Source: Proteromonas lacertae (taxonomy: Eukaryota). Taken from it: a stretch of DNA of 64,000 nucleotides. Below the pieces are notes generated by a model. The model was not told the DNA's origin, searched no databases, and saw only the letters and a program-made list of their open reading frames with translations. The stretch's first letter is position 1, and each line of letters opens with the position of its first letter. Of this stretch, positions 50,233 through 64,000 are shown one piece after another. The stretch lies in contig NGBS01000327.1 in NCBI GenBank assembly GCA_002245135.1, forward strand, positions 1 through 64,000, in the 5' to 3' direction. Both the position numbers and the translations under genes were made by a program.

Positions 50233-50865
50233 AAAGAAGAAAAAAAACATATAAAACTATTTACTTCACCACATTTTTCATTTTTTTAATTTAATCTCCT
50301 TTTATAACATCATCAATCATTCATCATCATCAACATCATCAACAACAAAAAATGATTTCATTCAAATTTACCATTTCATATTTTCATCAGCTCATCTTAA
50401 TCCTCTTTAACTATTTATGTGAAATACATTAATCATCTCAACAACCTAAATCCAATAATGATCAAAAAAAGACATATTTTTTTAATTATATATATGTAAT
50501 GATAAAATATTTTCTAATTTTTATTATTATTATATTTATTTTACTGTATCAAGTTATTATAATCTCAAAATTAACAACCTCATGTTAAATCTTTAATTTT
50601 TGCTTTTTATTAACTAATTTAATATTCTATACACACACAATCACAATATTGATATTCAGCTAAGTATACATAAAGTCTTAGATACAGAATTATTTCACCT
50701 ATTCAAAAACACTCAACTACTAATATATACACAAACTGTATCTACTAGTATACTAATCACCACTAATTTTATTGTGGTTAATACACTTCTTTCTTCTTAA
50801 TTCATTAATACTATTTAAGACATGTATTTATTATGTATTACATTTAACAAACAAGTTTGATAAAA

Positions 50866-52246
50866 ATGGCTCAATTCGGAAATTTATATCATGTAAATGT
50901 GAGATTGACTGATTTAAAGGTTATTGAAGAGAAGTATACTTTTATAAATATATTGATAAAGAGAACCGTTGATTGACAGTGATTTTAATAACACTCATTG
51001 TTTAGAATCATCTAGATTAAAACCTATTGTTTGTAAATTGATGAAAAATGTATATTTATATTTATAATGTGTAAATAGATTGCAGAACTTGAAAAGTTAA
51101 TGAATTCACCAATAAGAAGCAGTAGTGATAATCCAACTCTTTCAGACATAAAATTATTTTTAACGGAGCATGATTATTACGGAAATATAGAAAATTTACA
51201 AGGAATTGATGTAATTGATTTTCTAGCCTCAGAATTACAAACATTAAGAGTTTTAAATCAAACTGCCAGTAAATCATCTACCTCAAAATGCAGTTATGAC
51301 GAGATGATTACACCAATTTGTAAAATAATTGGCATAGATACTTCTCAAAGTTCTTCTAAACAAATTGAAGAGATAATAGACTATCTGAATAAATCTGTAG
51401 AACAAGGACCTCCAATACTTAATGAAAATGAATATGTAAATGAAGAGAAAACCTTTATAAATCAGTTAAACAACAGTTACTTTGAAGATTTTAAGTTAAG
51501 AAAACAGATGTTGCTACAAAGATTAGATGTAACAATTCAATCGATGTTATGGTCTAACAAAGCCAAAGGAATAGTAACAAATATAATATCAAATATTGAA
51601 CCATTTAGAAATAAAATAAATAGATTGTATAATGATATAATACCAACTGATTCATTATTTACATGTTCAGCAAATGTAATATTATATATATATATATATA
51701 TAATTAATAGTTAATTAAAGAATTATCTCAGAAAGTAACATCCAAACATATTGATTCAATTGTTAAGCATTATGTTATTGATAATGTACCAGATAGAGGA
51801 GGAAGAACCATAACTTCTGAATCTTATAAACCATCCAATAAAACTAAACAAATTGTAGAGAATAATATCCCAAAGCACCATCAGTTGGTAGTGTAGTAAG
51901 TGAAATTCCAAATACTTCTTCTTCAACTTTAAAACCAGAGTGTCCTAAAGGTTATTGTAAAACTTACTTTGATAAACGTTCATGTAATTATGGAGATAGA
52001 TGTAAATACTATCATGATCCTCCTGAGTGGTTATGTTTGGATTATTTCTTCACAGGTGATTGTAAGAATAGTAATTGTATGATGATGCATAAAATACCAG
52101 ATGATGCATGTTATGAATATTTAGTGTATGAACAGTGTTCAAAACGTCGTTGTAAATTTAAACATCCTAAAACAACTCAATGTCCTCAGTACTTTTATGA
52201 ACATAAATGTGTAAATGGGGATAAATGTCATTATCGACACAACTAA
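50866..52246 (+). CDS. FAM98-like protein followed by four CCCH zinc fingers (-1 frameshift near 51870)
   Basis: RKQMLLQRLDVTIQSMLWSNKAK and VPDRGGR (FAM98 signatures); four C-x8-C-x4/5-C-x3-H fingers downstream. Confidence 0.78.
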
Positions 52247-52370
52247 ATATCTAATGTTCACTTTATTTTAATGATGTTTATAAAATTGGGTATTGAAAAT
52301 TGAAGAATAAAACGGATATAATACATTGTTGTTTTTATCAATATCTAGTTAGCATATTACAATAATAATT

Positions 52371-53627
52371 ATGTCATCTGGTAGAGGTTCTGCAATTCTT
52401 TCACCATATGAATCTTTAACAGTTGAAGATCTGGTATAGTTGCAATATTATAGTTGATTGATATAGGTCGTTGCTAGTGAAGATATAAAAAAGAAAAAAA
52501 AGAAATCGAGAAATTATCATCTTCTTATACCACTTAATCAAGAATGTCTTACAATGGCTCAAGCTTTGTACTGTATAATTATATTATTGCACTTATTTTA
52601 TATTATTTAAACTAGTAAATATAACTGATATAAGCCATATCGAAATTGCATTTATCAAATTGTGGGAAAAAGATCCAACCTCCTGTAGTATTTCACTAAA
52701 AATTTTACTTAATGTATTTCCCAAAGAATATTCAGGTTTTATCAAAACCTATTTTCATGAAACTGTAGGATATTATCAGTTCTTTATTTTTATATGCTTA
52801 TATTCATTTTTTTCACATCAACAAATATTTTCTGTAATGATAGCGCAAGCGAAGATTTACAGTAATGTATTAGTTACAAAAGTATAGATCAGTTATTTTT
52901 CTAATATTCATAGGAACAAATTAATTCGTTTTATGAAGAGTTTCATATATGTAAAGAAGATTTACTCGATCTGTTTCAATGTCTAGATTCTTCGCATATC
53001 GATCTACCGGATGCTCCTAGTAATGCCTATTCATTAAAAGCTTTTATTAGACATTTTAATGTATCTTTACAATTTTCAGGGTTTTTAACCAGTTTTAAAA
53101 ATGAAATTATAAAATTAGTATTTGGTCAGCAACTCTTTAATACAATATCAAGTAGATTGTTTTATTATAACCATAAAGCAGAGTTTTTAAGTGATCCAGT
53201 AGAATCTTGTGCTGATAAGTGTTATAGGATAATGTTTACCAATGACCCACCACCATATCATTATGATTACTGTCCGCCTTTAGCTAAACAGAAAAATGCA
53301 ATGGATGAAGTAATATATATAATAAAACAGAAGTATGGTTATTCATCAAGGAAAAGCTCTTATAATTTTGGATCGTTTGCTTTAATATTGAAGAAATCAT
53401 CTTTATTAAATAACAACACCAAATTTAATATTAGTGAAAGGAAAATAACTGATGTAAATAGGTTCAAATACAAAACATCTTTATCTGGAAATTATCAACA
53501 TACTTCTTTTATACTTGCAGGAAAAAGTATTTCAAGACCAGTATCCCCTATACAAGAACAAATAACTAATATACCAAAGAGGTCTTTGAATAAAGTATAT
53601 CCAGAAGAAAAGACTTGTAATTCATAA
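52371..53627 (+). CDS. Hypothetical protein, paralogue 1 of tandem pair
   Basis: Multi-exon; shares ESC..K..R..FT..PPPY and DEVIY motifs with the next gene. Confidence 0.6.
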
Positions 53628-53757
53628 ACGTATATACATGTTTAGGTATAGTATATAAACTAATATTTTTAACATATTTATATTGATAATTTGTGTATGA
53701 TGTTTTGGTAAAAGAATGAAACGAATTTATTTTTAAAATGTCGTTTCTATTTTTAAA

Positions 53758-55239
53758 ATGGCTGTTTTGAGTCCTAGCTCAACATATAAGGTTCTAGACT
53801 ACGGACCTGACGTAACTATATTAGTATACACATTCTAACATAAAATTTAGAAGGAAGCAACAGTATTAGCCAATAATTACAAGAAAAACGTCCCAATAAC
53901 AAGTGTTTTACCTTTGAGATCGATATCCGTTATTTTAAGTGAATCACTATTTTGTATATCATTTGTTCATATTCAACCATTAGTAAATAATTATGAGGTG
54001 GACATTATTTTGAGGTCGTATTTAAAAATCTGGATTAAGGAAGTAACTTATAACTACATTCCTTGCAGTAAATTACTCTATGAGTTTCCTACCAAATTCT
54101 ATGGGATTATAAGATCTTTTTTTGCAGATAGTATATTATTATATCTCATATAAATTATTTACAATGATTATTATAGAACCAGTTTACTATGATGGATATC
54201 TGACATTTGTTTTTTTATTTACATTTTATACTCCAGAACAACTCCTTCCATTAATGTTTTCAATGTGTCAAATTAATAGTAATATGTACATAACTAAAGT
54301 ATAAATATTATTAATATAAATATATATTGTTAGAATCAAATTATTAAATTTTTAAACACATATTTGATAAATCAAGAGTGTTTTAAGGATATGTTTGATT
54401 CACTATCAAAGAAAAGAGAACAGATTTATTTCCAACAACATTTTATTAATTCTACGATGTTTGATCGTCCTTTCAATCCAACCAATGCTGAACAGTCAGG
54501 TAAATTAAATTCATATCAAGTACCCTATAATTCACAATTCCAACAGTCATTTAACCAACAGGTACTAGAACAACAACAGCTATCATCTCAACAATCATCA
54601 TCTCAAACACCAACACCACCTCCACAACTGCAAATATATCAGCAGAAGCATCATACGCATGTTCATCACCATCGTCATCCTGCTAAAAGTGAATTGTATG
54701 ATATGAAAGATTTATTTAAATATTTTGTTAATTCTGTTACATTTGTATCTTTTCTATCAGAGTTTAGATATCATCTTGTTACTAATATAGTATCACCAAA
54801 TGTGTATGATATAGTAAGGCAAAGAATACAGTTTTTTTATTCACATAATGTTGAAAGACCTCCAATTGAATCATGTTGTCAAAAAATTATAAGAATGTTA
54901 TTTACAGACATTCCTCCACCTTATTACTTTAATTATAGACCTCTTACAGTTAATGATAAAAATTTTGATGAAGTTATATATTATCTCAGATTATCATTTG
55001 GATATGCAGATAGACATTCATTAGCTTCATCTTATAGGAAAATGCATGCTTCAAAGACAAGATCAAATCATAACAGTATTGCTCCAGAGTCATGTGACAA
55101 TAGTTCTACTCCTATACCCCTTCAATCGGAATTATCTTCAAGTTATGCAAATAGTATGGAATCAGAAATCCAAAAAACTAAATCCAGATCTAAATATCAC
55201 AGTGTAAAAATCCTTCCAACAAAAAATGGAGGTTTGTGA
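53758..55239 (+). CDS. Hypothetical protein, paralogue 2 of tandem pair (Q/H-rich insert)
   Basis: Multi-exon; IESCCQKIIRMLFTDIPPPYY, FDEVIYYL. Confidence 0.6.
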
Positions 55240-55414
55240 AATCATAATATATTATGTGTAATTAGAATCATTTATATGTAAGTAATTAATTGTTTAGTGT
55301 TTTATTTTTAGAAATGTGTGTGTGTTTTGTAGGAATTATAGTTGAAATTTATACATATTCAACCAACCAACAATAATAATAACAAGAACAAATTTTAAAA
55401 TAATAATATAAGAT

Positions 55415-58400
55415 TTATTCTTCTCCACTGCTACTTTCATCACTGCTGGAAGTTTCACTTTTTGATTCTTTTCTTTCAATAGCATTTGGAGTAGAGTTTG
55501 GTTTGGCTTCTTCTTTTCTTTCTGGTATTGCACTTTCAGTTTCAGTTTCAGTTTCAGTTTCACTATCACTACTTCCACTACTACTACTATAACTGGATGA
55601 ATAACTTAATCCACTTCCACTTCTTTTTCTGCTGGACTTACTTTTAAACTTTATTGGTTGTGGTGTTACTCCTTCTCTCTTTACTTCATCTTTTGGTACT
55701 TCTTTTTCTTCTTCATCCTTTTGTTGTATTGTTTCTTCCTCTTTCTTTACTTCTTCTTTATTTTCTATATTCTCACTCTTAGGTTTTTCTTTTTCATCCT
55801 CTTTATTTGAGTTAGCAACTTCTTCTTTTATTATTTCTTTTTCTGTTTCTTTTAATTCAACTACTTCTTCAACATCTGATTCTTCTTCTTCATCTGATTT
55901 TTCATCCTCCTCCTCTTTCTTTTCTTCTCCTTTCTTTTCATCTACAACTATTGTTGGTATTTCTATATTTGAACCAGCTTGTTTATTATCTCCATTAGGT
56001 TTTATTCCTTTGTTAGGAACAGGCTTCTTGAATTTATTATTTGGTTTTGATTTTGTTTTAGGATGAGTTACAGTCTTTCTAGACCTACATAACATTAATC
56101 CAACAACAATTATTATAACAATTACTACAGCAGCAACTATTATTCCGATTAAGGCACCTGTTGATAAACTACTATTACTTTCACCTTTACCTCTATTATT
56201 TGGATTAGTTGGATAAATTGTTTTATCTTCTACATTGGTTATTTCTACCTCACAATCTTTGAATATTGTTTCTTCTTCGGATGAATCAGCTAGTGTTTTG
56301 ATTTCTTCACTTAATAGACTTGAATCTTCTAATAATCTATTTGCCACATCTAATATTTTTACTTTTGTTGATTCTTCTGGAATAGTAATTATTATTTCAA
56401 TATTCATTTCATTTTCCAATCCTCTTAATAATAATCTTCTATTATTTAATATTACTTCAATAACATCTCTTTTTAATGTTATATTATCATTTTTATAAAT
56501 TTCTATTATTGAATCTTTCAATATATTTATATCATCCTCACTCAATTCATATATTGTTTTAGATGTAATATTTGATATTCTTATTTCAATAGAGATTCTT
56601 TCAATCGGTTTTGGTGTTGTTGGGATAATTGTAGTAGGAATTGAAGTTGTTGGATCTAATGTTTCGTTAGTTGATTCAATTGTACCAGTGTCATTAGTAT
56701 CATCATCATTTTTTGTTGATGTAGTTGGATTATTAGTTTCAGTAGGTGATTCGGTTGTAGGTATAACAGTAGGTGATTCAGTTGTTGGAATAGCTGTTGT
56801 TGGATTTGGTGTTGTTGGAGTTAATGTTGTTGGAGGAATTGTTGTTGGTTTTTCAGTTGTTGGAGAAATTGAAGTTGGTTTGGTTGTTGGTGTTTGAGTT
56901 GTAGGATTTGGAGTAGATGGAGGAATTGTTGTTGGAGTTAATGTTGTTGGAGGATTTGATGGAGGAATTGTTGTTGGAGGAATTGTTGTTGGTTTTTCAG
57001 TTGTTGGAATAGCTGTAGTTGGTACAATTGTAGTTGGTTTTGGTGTTGTTGGAGGAATTGAAGTTGGTGTTTGAGTTGTAGGATTTGGATTTGTTGGAGG
57101 AATTGTTGTTGGAGAAATTGAAGTTGGTGTTTGAGTTGTAGGATTTGGATTTGTTGGAGGAATTGTTGTTGGAGGAATTGAAGTTGGAGTTTGAGTAGTT
57201 GGATTTCAGTTGTTGGAGAAATTGAAGTTGGTGTTTGAGTTGTAGGATTTGGATTTGTTGGTGTTTGAGTAGTTGGATTTGGATTGTTGGTGTTGAGTAG
57301 TTGGATTGGTGTTGTTGGAGGAATTGAAGTTGGTGTTTGAGTTGTAGGATTTGGAGTAGATGGTGGAATTGTTGTAATTCTGCAAGCAGAATCATCAATC
57401 TCTTCCCATTCTCCTTTTTCTCCACATCTTCTTGTTATAAAAGCATTTGATTCACCTCCACAACTTATTTTACTTGTTTCGCCCAACGGTATTGATTTCC
57501 ATTCTCCTTCTGCAAAACATGACAATCTACAACTATATGGATATACACCACCTGTATCTACACCATCACCACTTCCTTCATTAACTTGAATTCTTATCCC
57601 ATTAAATGCCATATCATTATCACTTTGCTGTGAAAAGTACTTAGAATGATAACCAGCTACTAATGTATTATTTGGTTGAGGATAATTATATAGTGGAATA
57701 TAATCACTCTCAGCAGAATTTGGATATGTTTTAATACCTAATAACGTAAAATTATTAACTAAACGATTAGTATTACTACCTGTTCTATATTGTAAACCGT
57801 TAAACCATCTTGATTCTTCTGGATAGAATGTATATTGGAAATATAATGGAATTGAAGCACTATTCCATGTACCTTTTTTACCTACTTCATAATTAAATGC
57901 ATATTTTGTTAACTCATTACCATTATAATTTGATTTATCACTATAGACATTGTCATCAGAATAATATGTATATTTATCAAAATAACAACTATTAATTCCA
58001 GATAATAAATAAAATTCATTTATCTTAAATTCATCTACTTCTGTTGAACTTATATCAGATTTATGAAATTCAATTCCTAATATATTTCTACCTTTCTGAA
58101 TTAACGTAACTGAAGCTGTTACAAAGTATTTTCTTTCACTCTTTTCATAACTACCACCCCATGTTTCACTTGTTGCATCTTTTGGTAAATATTTATTATA
58201 GAATTCTACTCCATTCATTAACATTCTAACACCTCCATTCGAAAATGTAAATGATAAATAAAACATTGATAAATCAATTGTATCTTCAGTAAATTCAAAT
58301 GATTGAATATAATATCTCACCAACTTATCATCATTAAACGATGGTAAAGCATCTACACTAATCCAATTACTCGAATCAAACAATAATCCACTCCAATCAT

Positions 58401-61400
58401 TATTATCTTGAATATCTTCAGTATATTTGATTTGATTGTTGAATGGAATTAGATTCTTTGTATTTACTTTAACTTTTGATTCAGTTGAATTAACAAAATG
58501 TCTTCCTCTAAATAATACTGCTCCATTATGTAATAGTTGTAATCTCATTTCACTATATTCCCATGTTTGATTATTTGTACTTCCTAAGGTTAATTCATAG
58601 GATGTTGGATCTTCACAGAAATATTTCTTGCTTTCACCAACTACTTTATCAAATAATTGAATTTCTTTCTCTCCATTCATCATTTTATAGGTTATAAATC
58701 CTTGGTCACCACTTTTTATATATAAAGCTACTTCAAAGAACACTTTTTTACAAACATTAGATGAAAATGTTAAGGTCATTTCATCGCTGGTTTCACCATT
58801 TGGCATATTCTTAACGGTTATTATTATCGATTTTGATTCACTTTTCTCTGTCGGAGTTCCATAGATTAAACCACTTTCTTTATCAAAGTTCATTCCTTTT
58901 GGTAGATTTTCTTCATTTGTTACAACAAAAACCTTTCCTCCATTTTCTATTGATGGATAAAACTCATAATAGATTTCATTATTCAATTCAAATGATGCTG
59001 ATTCATAACTTAGTATTGGTTTATTACTTAAATGAATCATATCAATTACTACAGTTTCATCTTTAAAGAATGATGAATATTTAAATATATTTCTATTTTC
59101 ATATGATAATTTATACCAACCACCTAATTTGGAATTGGATATTATCTTTAATTGTGCATTTACTTTTGGAATACATTTCATAAATGTATAAACTCTATTT
59201 GATACTAATGATCCTTCACTGGATGATAAATATATTGATGTTTCTCCATTTAATATTTCAAATACCACACTTTCTGGCTGACTTTTGATTAAATAATCCA
59301 TTATCAAAAAGTCATTTCCTTCATTACAACCTGCTATATTAACATTTATATCAACAGATACTGTTCTATAAGTAAGACATTCTACTTTTATTACTCCTGA
59401 ATATGAACCAATTGCTTTACCTGTTAAAACTCCGTTAGAATCGATGAATATAAAATCAATTGGAGATATTAATGAAACAGTATGACAAACCAGATTTGTT
59501 GGTATTAATTCAAAATTTTCATTAATTGATGCTACAATACCACCATTTGGATATTCAATTACTGGTTCTGTTAATGGTTTTACTTCAAATATAAATTCAG
59601 AGAAATATTTAATTCCATCTTTTTCAGCTGTTATTATATAAATTCTTTCTTTTTCTATAACACTTACTGTTCCTGATACTTCACCTGTTTCATTTGAAAA
59701 TGATAACCCAATTGGTAAAGATGGTTCAATCGAATATTTAAATCCTTCTAAATTCACATTGTTATTAATAATTCCATATGATATAACATCATTGACATAA
59801 TAATTGTTATATATTGAGGAGTATATAAATGGATATGGTTGATCAGTAAATAACCATTCATTTGGTATTAAGGTATATAATCCGCTATTACTATTATCAT
59901 ATAACAATTCCAATTCTTTCATATTATCATATCCATCTTTTGTATAAACAATTCTTAATTTGTATAGTTGATTTGTTAATTCAATTGTTTTATCAACTTC
60001 ATGTAAACCATTTCCTACTGCTTCAAATATTACTGATCCTAATTCTAGTCTACAATAATCATAACATTTTAATCTCATTTTATAACTTCCGCCTGATTCT
60101 ATATTCAAATATCCCCTGTAATCAGCAATAAATAAATGACTCATTGTTGATGGTAATCCATTCCATAGATCTTCACTTTGAGGATGGAAAATTGATGAAT
60201 CTTCAACTCTTTTCAACATTAGTCTTGAATCAACAGCTGATGCTGGTTCTTCAAATATGTTCACATCAACTTTACTCGCTGTATAATATTTAACTAGCAA
60301 TCCATTGATTTTATTCGCTTTATCACTGTCACTATAACATATTATTTGTACATTGGTTTTAGAAACATCAATTCCACCATTTGAACTAATCTCTACTGAT
60401 TTGAACTGATTATCACAAACTGTTGGAAATCCAATTAATGCTCCATCTAATCTAATACTTAAACCAACTATTGAGGGATTCATTGACCATTTGGATGGAT
60501 ATCCTTCATAAGATGCTGTTACTGTTTTACTTACTCCTTCATTATAAGTGATTGTATTAATTGCATAGGATAAATGAGTTAATAAAAATCCACCATTATA
60601 CATTATGTTGTTGATATTCGTTCTTATACCACTTGGAGTAGTATAATATGCTTTAAAATCATTTTGACCTCCTCCACCCCATGATAAATATCCAATAACA
60701 TGATATCCTTTTGCCAAATGGATTACAAAAGTCTTTTCATCATTGTAAGCAGTAGTTGTATATCTTTCTACTCCATAATTACCATATGCAAACTTTTGAC
60801 TATCATCAGATACTCCTGATAATACATAATCTCCTTCTTCAGCAATATATAAATATCCTCTAATTCTAGCAACAGTAAATTGACATGGAATCCAATAATT
60901 TGTCGTACATAAGTTACTACTATTTGAATATGTTACTTCTGTATTTGTGATAATTATTGGATCTTTTACACTATAATAACCATTTTCATATCCTAACCAC
61001 ATATCTTTTAACTTCTTATTCATAAATTTTGCATCTGCATCAATACCATCTTCTTTTTCTGTCTTCCATATAATAAATTCTAATCCTTCTGTAAAGCTAC
61101 CACCACCTTTTTTCCATTCAAATGTAATATTAAACTGTCTATCAGAATGAAGTAAAACTGTAGTGGTTTTTTCTTTTGTTATATCTGTTGCCCTTCCAGT
61201 AATTCTACCTGTATTCGCATCATACAAAATACCAAAAGGTAAATTAACAATATTTAATACAATTGGCTGAATATTACATTTTAATTTCAAATCATATTCT
61301 ATTTCTAATAAATTGATTGATTCAAAACCATAACTACATTTCACTTCATCTCTTAATACACTTACATAAATAAAAATAAATGTATTATCAGTGAATATAA

Positions 61401-63238
61401 CTTGAACATTATAAACATATTCTTCTTCACTATTTACTATCAAATTATTACCTGAAAATGTCAAACCATCAATACCTTCAGTTGTTGATTTTATAGCTTT
61501 ATCTAATGTTATAGATGCTTCAACTCCAGGCTTTGAATTGAGTTTTGTTGATGCAATACATCCATGATTAACTTCAATATCCCATTCACCATTTATATTA
61601 CACATTCTTGTTTTATAACCACCATCTGGACATGTTAAATATGATTTACCTCCTACATATACTGAATCATAACCTTTTGATGCTGAACATATTGGAATTG
61701 TATTTTTTTGTAAGGTAAACAACCTATATTGAATATAATGACCCCAACCATTATTATATGCCACATTATCTATAACAGAAAATTTATAACTTTCATAGGC
61801 TTTTTTCACATTTTTCAATGAAAATGTTTTAATTTCAGAACAGCCTATAGTTAGTTGCAAACCTAAATTAGTGTTTGAATATATTTCTTCCCAGATTGGA
61901 TGATCTTTATCTGTTGCACCATATATTTTTATATTTTTTGGACTTGTATCACCATTATTACTACATCCACTTATTTTAAATTCATTGAAATAAAATGCAT
62001 TATAACCTTTGAATTTGTATACAATACTAAATGGAAGCCAGAATGCTTTATTCTTTGGATGTGCATTATCCTGTAATGTAATTGCACTATAATCACCTGC
62101 TGCTCCTAATGTAAATACTTTATCCACATTCCTCACTTCTCCTTCATATCCACTACTAGTATAACCCTTAACATCACTTGTATCAACTGTTGCTGTTGTA
62201 GTTATAATTTGAGAAGATGTAATTTTAGCCATTTCTTCTAATGTCACTGATAATGGATCACTTCCTACAGAATCTAATTTATGAATCTCAATTGCTATAA
62301 CATTCTCTCCATTTCTGAGTGAAGGAAGAGGAATCCAAATAATTTCTTCAGTAGCTGCTGCAAATGGAACTATTGCATTACCATTAAAATTTCTTTTGAA
62401 GATTTCATTTCCATTTATGTAGATTATTATACCATCTTTGTAAGTAATTGTTAATTTTGGTGGACCACTATTATTTATGTCAGTAATAGTAAACACATTT
62501 CTATAATATCTTATTTGTGAGGTAAAGTCTAGGAAAGAATCAGATTTGATCCACTCATTGTCATTTTCATCATAATCTTCCTTCCACGAAGTTAATACAG
62601 GTAAATCATTTCTATATTGCCATTGTACAGCTAATAAATGTCTAATAACATCTGTATCAACCAACTTTACTCCATTTCTAGAAAAAAAGACTTTTACTAC
62701 TTCATTCAATTGTATTTCATCTAAATCAATTTTAATGCCTTTAGAATTGCCTATTTGAAAGAATAAATCACCTAATTTAGTATAATCAGAATCTAAGCTT
62801 TCTAACTTTAGCTCATACACACTAGGTATAACACAAACTGCAGTTATCCCAGAACCATCTTTTGATCCTTGTGAAAACAATTGTAGGAGGTTTATTTTTT
62901 GGTTTTCATTGTAGAGAGAAATGGATGTTACTTTGTTATTCTTATCAGTATTTACCTCTTGGTCAGTGTTTCTAACATACCCTTCTATTTTTATTACCAA
63001 TCTTACTTGATTATCAATACATGCTGAGTGATGAAAAGAGTTAAAAGCACGTAAAAAAGGTTTTTCAGGCGAATTAGAGATGATGTCTAAATGATCTAAA
63101 AGCTCACCACCAATATTTTCTTCATTTTCACCAATCTTTGGTAAAGAAGAGTCAGCCAGATATAAGCTAATAGCGACTATAAAAAATAAAAGAAATATGT
63201 TGTATACAAATTAATATCATAAAGATATTGTTGCACAT
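55415..63238 (-). CDS. Giant type-I membrane surface protein (signal peptide, discoidin/PA14-like and Ig-like domains, Pro/Thr mucin stalk, TM, acidic tail)
   Basis: Spliced N-terminus MCNNIFMILIFAISLYLADS; Ig-like LPxGLxFxxxTGxIxGTP repeats; PA14-like RGYLYIAEEGDY...SDD; PT repeats; TM GALIGIIVAAVVIVIIIVVGLML. Frameshifts inside the repeats. Confidence 0.8.
56740..57380 (-). repeat. Imperfect tandem repeats encoding PTTIP/PTTQTPTSIP mucin-like stalk
   Basis: Recurrent gttgttggaggaatt and gaagttggtgtttgagttgtaggatttgga units. Confidence 0.9.
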
Positions 63239-64000
63239 CTTGAATAATAGTATATTCTAAAATTTTCGAGAACAATGTTTTTGTAACGACACGATAAGAA
63301 TTTTCTAAGTGCTTTTTGTGACTTTAAATAGATTTTTCTCAATAACTATAAGGAATAAAATAGTAAAAATTTGTCAAACGATGTATCATGCTTTGAGCTT
63401 TATCATAGTATACTTAGTTTCATAATTACCTCTTTCATGTCATTCGTCTGTTTTTGATATGTTACATTATAATTGAATAACAACAAACATAAATAATAAC
63501 ATTGATATATTTTTATTTGATTTATATCATTTATTAGCTTTAAAAACTATAATACATCTCGAACTGTACTGATTTTAAATACCACGTATTTGGCTAATAG
63601 GGACTGAAATATGTTAATAAATTTTATACGTAATCACTACCTATATACGATATGTATAGTATAGGAGTATTCCAGAAAGGACGATATTAATTTTGACTAG
63701 GTAATTGAATGTAATCATGATATTATGTGATTTTTGATGTATGTGTGTGTAGTTAAATAGAGCCATATTGCTATTTTTGACTAATTGCTTCTAATTAAGA
63801 AGATATCAAAATATTTTTCATATCAGCACTATATGCTGTATTATTATGTTAATCTGAATAGCTAAACCCCATAAATACACTGTATAACATATATTATAGA
63901 TAAATTACTGAATCAATATTCTTCTCCCCTGGAATTCTGTTGCTATTCTAATAAAATAACTATTAAAATATAAAAATAACTATAATACTTATATAATCAT

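Noticed and set aside
56740..57380. Repeat array as CRISPR-like locus
   Set aside because: Degenerate codon-level Pro/Thr repeats with no unique spacers; eukaryotic context and no cas genes.
56938..57425. Gln/Leu-rich C-terminus of the 2020-aa ORF and the overlapping 142-aa ORF
   Set aside because: Out-of-frame readings of the Pro/Thr repeat after indels.

Overview
Very AT-rich, gene-dense eukaryotic (protist) DNA with many ~26-60 nt spliceosomal introns. Intron size, AT-AC introns and the Ig-like surface gene suggest a Blastocystis-like stramenopile (inference). The first ~6.2 kb is an intronless endogenous Polinton-like virus module (minor capsid, major capsid, A32-like packaging ATPase, putative fibre). 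It ends in GC-richer hairpins and an exact 111-bp copy of the STT3 gene located 14.4 kb downstream. Next come a kinase-LRR pseudogene split by a hAT-like transposon that itself contains a pogo/Tigger element, and a tandem Crinkler-type NTPase+nuclease gene. Host genes follow: TTLL9-like, STT3, WD40, SPRY, PCI-like, DHHC, RPLP0 with an intronic U61-like C/D snoRNA, LARP4-like, RIT1, F-box/WD40, an SR/Cys-rich protein and FAM98-CCCH. The window also contains two AT-AC (U12-type) introns, an ~10.9-kb near-perfect palindrome (5.2-kb arms, 518-bp spacer) and a giant Ig/PA14/mucin-stalk surface protein gene. Single-base indels in RPLP0 suggest the assembly has residual indel errors, so other frameshift calls are uncertain.
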